The notes under the pieces were generated by a model. That model was not told the DNA's origin. It made no database searches and worked only from the letters and a program-made list of their open reading frames with translations. The translations under genes were made by a program, and so were the position numbers. A stretch of 64,000 bases of DNA from NCBI RefSeq assembly GCF_006345805.1, contig NC_042998.1:22568001-22632000 (forward strand), written 5' to 3'. Below are positions 34,667 through 47,099 of the stretch, in pieces. Source of the DNA: Octopus sinensis. Lineage: Eukaryota. Numbering within the stretch: the stretch's first letter is position 1; each line of letters starts with the position of its first letter.

Positions 34667-36240
34667 CTTTAAAATAAGTTTTAACACTCTTGGACAGTTC
34701 CTTTTGCTATATTATGTTTCTTTTTGAATGTCTCCTATAAAATATATTAGTGAAAATAATGACATTTTATTCTCTACAGGCTTAAGCAAGCCAATTCTGT
34801 GATAGATTTATATCCTTGCACATTAAAAATTGGTATATGCCACTTCTAATAATTTTCCCTCTAAATGATGTCATTTGAAAAACACAAATGTATGCTCAAA
34901 TGTTTGTAAAAAATGTTTTAATTTTGAAGTGGCACCTCCAAAACATTCTTTCTCACTTCTGACGGCTCAGTTACAAGTAAGTGGACTTTACTATTAGAAC
35001 AACAAATATTTAATGGTTCCTTGTCCTGCTTTCTAACACCACAATTGTGAAATTTTGTTTCTTTCACGAAGAGCTCAGAGATACATTTTTTTTCTGATGT
35101 TTAATCACGATAAGAATCGTGATTCTTATCATGAGTAGTAGAGTGTTACTAACCCTATATCATTACATACTACTTCCTTACTTAGCTACATCTGCCCAAC
35201 ACCAACCCTCCTCGCCCTCCTCCTACTTTTTAAGCATAGCCCAACAGGCCATTTCAGACGAGTTGAAACACACGCGTTGCTCGGACTGAAGACACAGGGA
35301 ATTAACGATAATGTCGCAATGTGATTAACTGAGATCGTAGAGAAGTTTCTGGACAAGCGATAGTGAGAGATTAAGAGTAAGTAACTCACATAACATTTTT
35401 TAATTTTTTTTAGAAAATCGTTTTAAATTTCTCTTTTAAACTGCAGATTAAGATTCTGCATAAAAAAAAAATTAAAAGAAAATATTTGCAAGAAGAATAT
35501 TTTGAATCCCGTTTTGCCGTTTAACCTTAAATCCGAAAACTAGCCCTGAACTTTAACTCTAAATGCTGACTCTAATCTCTATAGATTAACCTTGCCCTAA
35601 AATATTAATCCATAATACCTGACCCTGAGCCCTAACTTTTTCTAAAGTCATAATCTCCGGTATTTCATACAGAATTCTGAAAAAATTTCCAAGAAAACAA
35701 TGCAGCTTTGAAAATGTTATGGCTAGTCACATCCTCTCCAACAAAGAAGAGAAAGAAAGAAAAAAATTTGAAATTTTGAAAAAAGTCTTTATTTGCAAAA
35801 TATCGTTATCTCCGATGCTTAAAACCCGGAAATCCACACCCTACCCCCACCACTCATCCACCAATTTTTGTCACACACATATACACACAACACGCGTATG
35901 AGTGTCTGTGTGTCCTGTGTGTGTGTGTGTAAAAATTAATCTGAAATAAAACTCCTTAGGACAAGAAATATTCCATTGGTAGAGGGATTTATAAAAATAA
36001 AAAAATTAAAGACTCAATGACAAAAATGAAAAAAAATATCATTACGATCACGATATCGATATATTCAATATTAGATGCTTAAATCTATTTGCACAATAAC
36101 ATAGAATCGAAATGCTTAAGCAAGGCATTATTTCATCTTCTTCTGGTGCACGTGCCAAGATAACTTAATGCGTGGCTTAAGTATTTCGATTTGCATAACT
36201 AAGCTTCTTTTCTATTGTACTGAATAGTTTTAAACATCAG

Positions 36241-36328
<88 letters not shown>

Positions 36329-36392
36329 TACATACATATATAATATACATACATATATATATATACATACATACATACATACTATATATATA

Positions 36393-36443
<51 letters not shown>

Positions 36444-36904
36444 CCATAATCGAGTTAGTTTTTGGTATTATTATCGTGTTCTTTATAAATCCTTTTACAC
36501 ATGAAATAATGTTGTCCTAAGAATTTATATCGTAGCATTAATATTATGATATCCATTAAGTAAATTGGTTTTAACGTCAATTTTCAATGTTCCGAGTTCT
36601 TTTTGTTAAAGATCTTTACAACCTCTTTACTATTTGGGATGGTAGAAGGTAAGTTGTACAGTGATTCTTATAAATTATCAGTTGCCTTCTCTGTATTGTA
36701 CGTATTTCGAGGTGTAGTCAATTTGAACCGCCAATCAGTGGCTATCTTCTGATGGTATTATGTTTGCTAGTGAATTTACATCTGAAATGCTCATGGGATC
36801 GGTCTAAGATAACTTAGATATTTCGAGTTGCATAACTAAGGGCCTGTTTCATTGCCATAAATAAATTTAATAGAAATTATATCACACACCACACACACAC
36901 ACAC

Positions 36905-37110
36905 ACACACAGAGGCAAGTCGAAAAATGAACCTAAAAACAACAAAAGGCAAAAGGGTGTACACAGTAAATGTAACGTTTCGAGCATGGTTCTTCGTCAG
37001 AAATAGGAAAGAGGAAATGTCTGGAAAGAAGGACAAAATAGTCCAAGAAAAGCACGTGTGTGATTAACCGTGGCATTGCTAAATGCTCCTTTCTGCTTCT
37101 TTGAGCTTCG
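36905..37110 (-). mobile_element. Penelope-type terminal-repeat fragment with hammerhead-like core
   Basis: Reverse strand CTGACGA-A-GAAC CAT GCTC-GAAACGTTA (36968-37005), with one stem II mismatch. Confidence 0.45.
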
Positions 37111-37760
37111 TCAGTAGCAAGTATCAATTGTCAACATGCGAAGACACCGTTGCTGGATGATTTTCGCCTGTTACTGATATATTTTTGTGTTTTTACACTG
37201 TAGGCCTGTGACGAATATTGCAGTTAATTTGGCTTTCAATGCCCTTCCTTATGATGCACCTGATATACATCTCATTGATATGTACAATATGTGTTACGAG
37301 AACACCCCAAACATCATCCCCAAGCTGGACAGATTCCGATCCTTACTCTTCCCCATTGCAAAGCTGTCTTAAGTCTTGGGTACACTGGGCAGATGCTTGG
37401 AACCCTTCAGATCAAGGGACTCAGTTCTAATCTAGGTATACTCCAACTTGCTGTCCATCGGTTGATGGAATACTGTACTATATTTTTTACGTCCATAGGA
37501 TTGTCTGTTGATTAGACAATGAAGCTGATGACGACAGGTGAGAAGATGACGATTCCAGCGTAGTACTGCAACAGTCAAAGAGGGGGCGCTGTCGCCTCAC
37601 TGAACGAGTGACAACTAAATGCTATATGAGATCGGATTAAGCAGAAATTAAGGTAATTGTTATTTCTTTTTATTTGATTGTTTCATTTCTTTTATTAGCT
37701 TGCTGGTATATGAAGTGTTCTTTAGACTAAAAGTGTGGGGGGGTGGTTAATATGATGGGT

Positions 37761-38017
37761 GTGGAGGCGCGTGGCTTAGTGGTTAGGGTGTCCGTATCAT
37801 GATCGTAAGATTGTGGTTTCGATTCCTCGACCGGGCGACGCGTTGTGTTCTTGAGCAAAACACTTCATTTCACATTGCTCCAGGCCACTCAGCTGGCAAA
37901 AATGAGTAACGCTGCGATGGACTGGCGTCCCGTCCAGCTGGGGAGCACATACGCCATAGAAACCGGGAAACCGGGCCCATGGGCCTGGCTAAGCTTTAAA
38001 AGGGCGCAAGCAAAAAA
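37761..38017 (+). mobile_element. tRNA-derived SINE family C with 12-bp TSD
   Basis: GTGGCTTAGTGGTTAG (A box), GGTTTCGATTCC (B box), A-rich tail; AATATGATGGGT at 37749-37760 and 38018-38029. Confidence 0.88.
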
Positions 38018-38559
38018 AATATGATGGGTAGTCTTAGAGGATAGGCGTAGAAAGGAGAGACAGAAAAGAAAAACGAAAGTGACATCAAGGGGGTCAGGGG
38101 GAGAACTGACGTCGAAGAGAAAAAAATCACGGTTACTTGTATTTTTTGGTGGCCACCAGAATTGAAGCTATTTGTTTTGAGTCGGAGTAAATTAAAAATA
38201 GATGACCTTTTCGTTAATGATCACCTTATGACTCCTTGCGTAGAATAACGGCGAACCGAGGTAAGGTTATAGCAGTTTGTTATTCACCAGTTGGTGGTTC
38301 TCCAATTCTTTCTTGATCGAAGCAGCAAGTCCCTTTTGAACTTCTTCAGTAGATACTGCCCCATCTATAACTATTCTGTGAAGTTTTTCGTTGAGTAAAC
38401 CTCTGAAAATTGACTTAACTTTCGGTATTTTCATGAATCAATTTTGAAGTAATTAAATCTATGCAATAGCATGGCAATGATACACATTCAGACTCCCTAG
38501 CTCACATCTAGAAAAAGGTTACCCGGCTGAATAGCATAAAGTCACTCACAGACATACTT

Positions 38560-38870
38560 TAGTCTCATGGAGTACAAACGTTTTGTCTCTTCTCTCGGCC
38601 TTTTCTACCGATAGAGTGATCCTGTGACATTATGTCACTTCCATTCATCCATACCATAGTCACTCGGCTCTTCAACTCTTATCATCCTTATGGCGTCCAA
38701 TCTCACAAGGCTTTACACGAATCATTATAGCCAGTTCTTTCCCAGAATATCAACCCTCTGGAATCCCTTCTCTGCTTATGTGCATCAAGCAGATGTTAAC
38801 TTACAGACGTTCGAGAAGAATGTTAATGGCATTGATTTCCCTAGTTTAGGAGTTGTTTGCAAAGGCCATG
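38560..38870 (+). mobile_element. CR1/Jockey-group ORF2 C-terminal relic
   Basis: NHYSQFFPRISTLWNPF...NLQTFEKNVN resembles the FFPR..LWN.LP terminal block of these LINEs. Confidence 0.5.
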
Positions 38871-39840
38871 GTGGCTTTTCTTTCTTTTAGACCCAACACG
38901 TAAATAATCTTTATTTAAAGCAACTAAGTATTAGCGAATGGTAAAGTTTGTTATTATTTCACATACAAATATAGTTAAGTGTGGTGTTTTCGACGTCAGC
39001 TGCTTAAGATTTAATTATCGACTAAAACAGAAATTATGGAGCTGTTTGTTTCAATCATACCTGTTTCAATCTATACGATCATAAACTGCTCTGTTATAAA
39101 GTAATAATCAACCTTTTTCCAGCGATAAAATTCGTGCAGTGGCCACTAAAACACTTTTTAAACTCATTCGCCTTCTGTATCTGGTTTCATTTTCGATGCA
39201 ATTAGTACACATACTTCATAAGTTGAAGAAGTATTTTCATTAACGTTGACTGAAAATATATTGCAGCTTGCGTAAAAATTCTTTTAAACGTGTTAGCATG
39301 TCTAAACATTATTATCATTTCATTTGTTTGAATTCCTTGTGCTTAGTCAGACAGTGGTGTTCAAGATTGTACTTTTTAGAACTGTAACCGAACTGTTACA
39401 AATAATGCATGCATACACATACACACGCACACTTTCCACTTACTGCCACAAAACAAAAATTATTTGTCCATTTTCCTTGAACAAAAACTATTACGAGTAT
39501 TCCTTTTGTTTTCCGTTAGCCATGCAGAAGGAGTTACTTGTATGCACTTTACAATATTGATTAAAACTCTTTAATAAAAATCGGGAAATGAACCGCTAAA
39601 TGCCAAATATTATTTGTCTGAAATAAAGTTGTGCTTATTATGTCTTCAATTCGTACGATTTCTTTGCCAGTTTCCATCCAGCACTATGCATCCATCATAC
39701 ATTGTTCTTTTACCTTGTAATGGTTTTCGTTACCCACTTTCGACATGAATATTTCCAATTAAGGGCATTCAACGTCTTCTGCACTTTTTGGTTTCGAACA
39801 TGCATGCATTCTTCACATTTGCTATTATTATTATTATTAT

Positions 39841-40055
39841 TGGCAAGCTGGCAGAATCGTTAGCACGCCGGGCGAAAAGCTTAGCAGCATTTCATCTGTC
39901 TTTACGTTCTGAGTTCAAATTCCGCCGGGGTCGACTTTACCTTTCATCCTTCCGGGGTCGATAAATTAAGTACCAGTCAAACAGTGGGGTTGATGTAATC
40001 GACTAGTTCCCCCCCCACCTAAATTTCAGGCTTTATGCCTTTAGCAGATAGAATT
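39841..40055 (+). mobile_element. SINE family B variant inserted in a (TAT)n tract
   Basis: AAGCTGGCAGAATCGTTAGCACGCCGGGCG...GAGTTCAAATTCCGCC head. Confidence 0.8.
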
Positions 40056-40090
40056 ATTATTATTATTATTTTTTTTTTTTTTTTTTTTTT

Positions 40091-40552
40091 ATTGAGTGAG
40101 AGAGCAGTGCATGTCATCAAAGTGACACTGGGGTAAAATATACGAAACCTAGTATACCCATCATGACTACCCGTCTGATAAGGGTACACCAAGCACATGC
40201 ATCACAACCATATGTGCGCGACATGGTGATCTCATATCAAGATAAACAGCACTTGACATTGCAGGTGGGCCCCAGTTAGAATTTTCTTCTGGTCGAGTAG
40301 CCCATCCCGCTCAAAAGATCCCCGAATAAGGATTGTTTAAGGATGTTGAACGAAACATCCAAGTTTCCAAAGGTGAATTATTCAAACCCCAAAGAATTCC
40401 TCTCAACACACGGCTATGATGCCCCCCCCACTACTTCTACTCATGATCAGAGATGCACATATCATCAGCCACTAAGGGACATGGTCAACTGGTTAAGGTC
40501 AAACAACTGACAAGCAAATCTGTGGTATTGAGCAGAATATTTGCTGTAGCCA
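40091..40552 (-). mobile_element. ~460-bp non-coding element bounded by (AAT)n on both sides
   Basis: (TAT)n/T-run at 40055-40090 and (TAT)n at 40553-40615; shares its 3' 250 bp with 29346-29597. Confidence 0.75.
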
Positions 40553-40614
<62 letters not shown>

Positions 40615-41296
40615 TTTCTTTCGTTTGTCTCCCGACAAACTCACTGGCTGGAGAGCATTTGCAACAGTGATCAGCATTCAAAACCCTATCAGTTCAGTAA
40701 TGAGAAAAGACCACAGTATATCAAGTTCCCACATTGTCGAGGCGATAGTCTTTATCAAGTGATGACATTTCGATCGGTCGTTGTTCTGATGCAGTTTCGC
40801 GCCAAATCATAGTTATAAACTGGAGTGTGCGGAAATACAAGCCAGACGATTCATAGAGGTTTCCAATGTCGCTCCGACTTATGCACGAAGACATAACATT
40901 TTCTTCCTTTGTCAAGTATACATTCTCACACACTAACCACTGATATTCAGCACAATAGCTTCTTGTAAAGTAACGATTGCGACATCAGTCTGTAAATAAA
41001 TACATTAGGAATTTCAACCGTGTTTCGTTGTCTGTTACCACAACAGCTCCTTTATAGGATCCAGTTAGCTCAAGACATCATCAGGAGGAACCACGTCCGG
41101 TTTCGGCCCCTACACCTCTACCGTTTTGACGTGGCGGGGCCCTCCCTTTCAGAGGTGTCTTCAGCTCTGGTGTTGGGTGTATGTCTTCTTTCTTCTGTTC
41201 CCTGGCCTCTTCGATGTAGCGTCAACGAGTGTCAGCGGGCGACTGACTGATTTGTCAAATTTTTTCCCTTAAAATCTAAATATTAGGATTGGTTTT

Positions 41297-41621
41297 TCGA
41301 AAAATTTTTGGGTAAAATTTTCAGTGAAAATTTTCGAAAAATTTTTTGGTAAAATTTTCGTGATAATTTTCGAAAAATTTTTGGGTAAAATTTTCGGTGA
41401 AAATTATCGAAAAATTTTTGGTGAAAATTTTCGAAAAATTTTTGAGTAAAATTTTCGGTGAACATTTTCGAAAAATTGTTGGTGAAAATTTTTGGGTAAA
41501 ATTTTCGGTAAAAATTTTCGAAAAATTTTTGGGTAAAATTTTCGGGGAAAATTTTCGGTGAATATTTTCAAAAAATCTTTGGGTAAAAGTTTCGGCAAAA
41601 ATTTTCGAAAAATTTTTCGGG
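41297..41621. repeat. AT-rich palindromic satellite array 1, flanked by a 26-bp direct repeat
   Basis: ~37-bp unit AAAATTTTCGGTG-AAAATTTTCG-AAAAATTTTTGGGT; AAAATCTAAATATTAGGATTGGTTTT at 41271-41296 and 41622-41647. Confidence 0.9.
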
Positions 41622-42409
41622 AAAATCTAAATATTAGGATTGGTTTTATTTGAGAGCAGCACGCTGTCAAACTAAAATAACCCAGCTCCCAGCCTACCAA
41701 GTATACACTCATTTCTTCTCTCAAGAGACATGGTGGGAACAACAGTGATGAGTTAATTATCTGCATCAGGGGAAACAACATCCTCAATAAAGCAAAAACT
41801 TGATCTCAAAGGTAGGCTTTTCTCTTCAAGTCCAGAAAATACTTAGCCTTAAAAGACCTATAAGAAGAAGAAAAAAAAAGATAAGAAAAGAGCCCCTCAA
41901 CTGATTGTTATGGGGTCGCTCACCAGCACACAACGGATTTATCGCCGCGAGTCCTATATCCTACCACTTAGATTAGTAACTTTGTGCTCATGCCAGAAAT
42001 CGTTGTTTAGTTTCGTACCTTCGTGCTTTGCGTTCAAACCACACTGTGGTCCATAGAATACGTAACCAATCAAGAAGTGCTGGAGTGGATTTAATCAATT
42101 ATCCTCACCTCTTCTTTTTAAAATGAACAATTTATGATGTGACTGTGTACTAATACTGACTTCAAATTTTGGTACAAGGCCAGCCATTTTGGGGGAAGGA
42201 GTGAGTCGATCATAGTGGCCCCAATTCATTTTATTGATCTAGAAAGGATGAAAGGCGAAATTAACTCCGGTAGACTTTGAAGTCAGAATGCAAAGACGGA
42301 CAAAATGCCGCTAAGCATTCTGTTCGGAGTGCTAACGATTCTGCCAGCTCGCCTCCTTATTGTGAACTGCTTTGCAAATCATTATTCCTCAAAATTGCTA
42401 GAAAATATT

Positions 42410-42806
42410 TTCTATTCTAGGCACAAGGCCCGAAATTTTTGAGGAGGGGGCCAGTCGATTACATCGTCCCCAGTACGTAACTGGTACTTAATTTATCGAC
42501 CCCGAAAGGATGAAAGGCAAAGTCGACCTCGGCGGAATTTGAACCCAGAACGTAGAGACAGGTGAAATACCTATTTCTTTACTGCCCATAGGGGGCTAAA
42601 CATAGAGAGAACAAACAAAGAGAGACAAACGATTTAAGTCGATTATATCGACCCCAATGCGTAACTGGTACTTATTTAATCGACCTCGAAAGGATGAAAG
42701 GCAAAGTCGACTTCGGTGGAATTTGAACTCAGAACGTAACGGCAGACGAAATACGGCTACGCATTTCGCCCGGCGTGCTAACGTTTCTGCCAGCTCGCCG
42801 CCTTAT
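42410..42806 (-). mobile_element. SINE family B multimer, with a more diverged copy at ~42160-42360
   Basis: GTCGACCTCGGCGGAATTTGAAC occurs twice; head ends CTGCCAGCTCGCCGCCTT at 42806. Confidence 0.83.
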
Positions 42807-43367
42807 TACTAGAAAATATTATCAAAAAGAAAGTAGGAAACTGATTCAAAATAAATGTGAAGGGAATAACAATTTTCAGCAAAATTTTTCAGCAAAATTT
42901 TCTTTTTGAGCTTTCTTTTTTCTTTTTTTTTTTTTGTTCTTGTCAAATAAGTCCTGCATCCCTTCCATATACTCCTTTTTTTAAAAATCGCCATCTGTAT
43001 ATCATACTAAATGTATGCATTCTATTAGAAGGGTTGATACTCAAGAATTTTTTGAGGTGAGATATCTTTATTGACTTGTGTTACAAACACAGTATATATC
43101 GAAACAGAGCGAACACCATCGCTGCAGTGACTCACGGAAACAAAACAAATATCGCTTCATCTTTGTTAAGGCTTGCCAATACTGTGCATCCGATTGTCAC
43201 CTACCTAAACGAAATTCGTGTCTCGATATGCTGGAAAGAGTGAATAAAAGATTTACTGATATTGTGGAGGTTTGCTGAGCTGTAGAAAAACTCGGTATAT
43301 GCAATTGAAACAGCAAATTTAATGCTGTTCCAATTGCCTTCGCCTGCATCCTCTTTTTGCCCTGCAG

Positions 43368-43368
<1 letters not shown>

Positions 43369-43410
<42 letters not shown>

Positions 43411-44340
43411 TCCCCCTCTCTCTCTCTCTCTTGTTTTAACAGTATAGCCTTCTCGTAATTAGGCTTCATGCATATACGTATACGGAGTACACAAATACAA
43501 AATATAAATAATGAATACATACATATATACACACATATATACATACATACACACACACACACATACATACATACATACATACATACATACATACATACAT
43601 ACATACATACATACATACATACGTACATACATACACACACACATACATACATACATACATACATATATACGTATAAACATACAGAAAAATACATACATAC
43701 ATACATACAAAATACATATATACATACATACATACAAAATACATATATACATACATACATACAAAATACATACATACGTATATCATACATACATACATAC
43801 ATACATACATACATACATACATACATACATACATACATACAAAATACATACATACATACATACATACATACATACATACATACATACATACAAAATACAT
43901 ACATACGTATATACATACATACATACATACAAAATACGTACATACTTACATACATACATACATACATACATACACACACAGACATGCACACACACACACA
44001 CCACATCTATCTATCTCTCCCTCTCTATATATATATATGTGTGTGTATGTATGTATATATGTATGTATATATGTATAAATATATATAAAAACTTATACAT
44101 ACATGCATATATACATACATACACACATACACACACACACATATATATATATGGAGAGGGGGAGAGATAGATAGACGTGTGTGTGCATGTGTGTGTGTAT
44201 GTATGTATGTATTATGTACGTACGTATGTATGCATGCATGTATGTATGTATGTATGTATGTATGTATGTATGTATGTATGTATGTATGTTTGTATGTATG
44301 TATGTATGTATGTATGTATGTATGTATGTATATATGCATG
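43369..44340. repeat. (CT)n, (TACA)n and (TATG)n microsatellite tracts
   Basis: Direct inspection. Confidence 0.95.
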
Positions 44341-44596
44341 TATTCTTTATCTTTATGAATAATAAAATATATATAAGAACTTTATTATTCATAAAAATAA
44401 TAACATTAGTAGCCGCATGCGTAAAAGCCGTATCGGCAAAATTAATAAATGTATATAAAATATTTTTATATACAAGAGGGTACTAATAAGCACCTTTCTT
44501 TGCTAAAGACAGGAGTTGCAGTTAATCTGATATCATGATTTGAATTTAGCACCAAAGGCACATAATTCTATTTAGTCAGGTCTACTAGTAACAATC

Positions 44597-44985
44597 GTGG
44601 AGGCGCAATGGCCCAGTGGTTAGGGCAGCGGACTTGCGGTCATAGGATCGCGGTTTCGATTCCCAGACCGGGCATTGTGAGTGTTTATTGAGCAAAAACA
44701 CCTAAAGCTCCACGAGGCTCCGGCAGGGGATGATGGTGATCACTGCTGTACTCTTTCACCACAACTTTCTCTCGCTCTTACTTCCTTTTTCTGTTGTACC
44801 TGTATTTCAAAGGGCCGGCCTTGTCACTCTCTGTGTCACGCTGAATATCCCCGAGAACTACGTTAAGGGTACACGTGTCTGCGGAGTGTTCAGCCACTTA
44901 CACGTTAATTTCACGAGCAGGCTGTTCCGTTGATTCGTATCAACCGGAACCCTCGTCGTCGTAACCGACGGAGTGCTTCCAGTCC
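44597..44985 (+). mobile_element. tRNA-derived SINE family D with 10-bp TSD
   Basis: ATGGCCCAGTGGTTAG (A box), GGTTTCGATTCCC (B box); AGTAACAATC at 44587-44596 and 44986-44995; tail fragments also at 16731-16798 and 27670-27780. Confidence 0.88.
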
Positions 44986-45173
44986 AGTAACAATCATTGA
45001 GATTCACAACTAACACACCTGTGCTTATTTGAGGGTCCACGGACAATTGAAACAAACAGGAAATATTTTATAAATATACATAAGAATATCATTATTCATA
45101 AAATTACTAACATTAATGGCTGCAAGCGTAAAAGTCGTACACACACACACACACACACACACATGTATATATA

Positions 45174-45385
45174 TTCTTTACTTGTTTCAGTCATTTTACT
45201 GTGGCCATGCTGGAGCACCGCCTTTAGTCGAGTAAATCAACCCCAGGAGTTATTCTTTTTGTAAGCCTAGTACTTATTCTATCGGCCTCTTTTGCCGAAC
45301 TGCTAAGTTACGGGGACATAAACACACCACCATCAGTTGTCAAGCGATGTTGGGAGGACAAACACAGACACACATATATATATTC

Positions 45386-45457
<72 letters not shown>

Positions 45458-45670
45458 TATATACATATATATACATATATATACATATATATACATATAT
45501 ATATATACGATGGACTTCTTTCAGTTTCCGCCTACCAAATCCACTCACAAGGCTCTGGTCGGCCCGAGGCTATAGTAGAAGACGCTTGCGCAAGGTGCCA
45601 CGCAGTGGGATTGAACCCGCAACCATGTCGTTGGTAAGCAAGCAACTTACAACACAGCCACTCCTGCGCC
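45174..45670 (-). mobile_element. SINE family A, full length
   Basis: Reverse complement of 33987-34392 with central (TA)n. Confidence 0.88.
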
Positions 45671-45729
45671 TATATAAATTATGTACATATATTTTCATTA
45701 TTTTTATTTGGGATCTTTAGTGCTCCATG

Positions 45730-46890
45730 TAAATATACGTACCAAGCTTAATTGCGTTTATCTACCTTCCCACCTCCGTATCAACTCGATTCGGATTTTA
45801 TCTTATAGCCATTCTTGTTGCCGTGGGCCTTGCCCTTGATGAAGACGCCGAAATTTAGGATCAACTTCATTTGAGCACGACTTTGTGTTGCCTGTACTGA
45901 GCTTATTTAGCTCTCACTTTACTCCAGCATTGAAGTCACCTAAGAGCAGGAGATGGTCTCCCTTTGGAGTATGTGAGATAATGGTGCCTAGTTGCTCGTA
46001 AAATGCCTCTATAAGGTCTTCCTCTGCATCAAATAACGGGGCATAGACCGATATCAGGGTCTAAGTGGTCCCTTGGAAGTGGGATGCGTATCCTCAGGAA
46101 GCGCTTGTTGATGGCCTTGGGTAACAGGTAGTGCGTTCTGTCTAGTTGGCTCTTGATGGCAAAACCAACACCATAGTCATGCTGATCTTCACGATTTTTG
46201 CTCTTAAAAGTTGCAGGCAGCTCCAGTTTATTCACACCGGCCTTCACCCGGTAAGCGGGTCTCGCTTAAAGCGGCAATGTCAACTTTAAATCATGAAAGT
46301 TCCCTTGAGACGAATGCTGTTCTTCGTTCGGAGCGTTCTGTGTCCTTGCCGTCCAGGAGAGTTTGGGTAAAATTTTCGGTGAACATTTTCCAAACATTTT
46401 GTGGGAAAATTTTCGGTGAAAATTTTCGAAAAATTTTGAGGTAAAATTTTCGATAGATTTTTGGTGAAAAGTTCTAAAAATTTTTGGGTAAAATTTTCGG
46501 TTAACATTTTCGAAAAATTTTTGGGGAAAATTTTTGAGTAAAATTTCCAGTGAAAATTCTCGAAATATTTTTGAAAAATTTCGGTGGAAATTTGTGGGTA
46601 AACTTTTCGACAAATTTTTGGGGAAAATTTTCGGTGAAAATTTTCGCAAAATTTTTGGGTAAAATTTTCGGTAAAAGTTTTCGAAAACTGTTTTGGGGAA
46701 AATTTTCACATTACTACTCCAATCTGTCGCAGGAACTGTCAACTGCCTTTTCATCTCTCACAGCAGAAACAACATGCTCTGTCCTCGACTTCCCGCCGAC
46801 TGTCTTTACAGCTCAAACTTCCTCCCTTTTAAGGGGTGTTTACAACGAACTTTCCCTGACCGGCACAAAGCCAAAGGTCCCCTAATAGCT
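45730..46890 (-). mobile_element. RTE-clade LINE relic (endonuclease region), interrupted by satellite array 2
   Basis: NV..TLLD, ERRTAFVSREL, DIAALSETRLPGEG, YGVGFAIK, LLLLGDFNAGV by hand translation. Confidence 0.75.
46363..46707. repeat. AT-rich palindromic satellite array 2 (345 bp) inside the RTE relic
   Basis: Same unit as array 1; on the minus strand it sits between AGTAATGT and ACTCTCCTGGAC (N-V...T-L-L-D). Confidence 0.9.
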
Positions 46891-47099
46891 CAGTACTCTT
46901 TCTAAAACAAAGGACTATAACTTTGTATTGTAGACTTTCAGTCTCCAAGCCAAGCAAAGTAGGTCAAGAAGTATCGTGAACTGAACTATTCACAATATAT
47001 ATAAAACTGACTGTGGAGACTATTTGAACACTGTGTGTATATATATAAAATTCACTGTGGAGAGACTTTTTGAACACTGTCTGTATACATATATATAAA

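Noticed and set aside
35520-35640. Interstitial telomeric repeat
   Set aside because: Only scattered CCCTAA/CCCTGA-like hexamers with no sustained period.
36165-36845. Direct repeat AAGATAACTTA...TATTTCGA(T/G)TTGCATAACTAAG around a (TA)n tract
   Set aside because: The repeat is real but short and imperfect. It may be a Penelope-type remnant, but I found no ORF or ribozyme core to support a call.
37180-37480. Possible CR1 3' relic on the minus strand
   Set aside because: Faint resemblance to 19800-20050, too degenerate to support without an alignment.
40690-41250. Possible LINE endonuclease relic on the minus strand (TDVAIVT)
   Set aside because: One short motif only; other APE motifs could not be recovered by hand.
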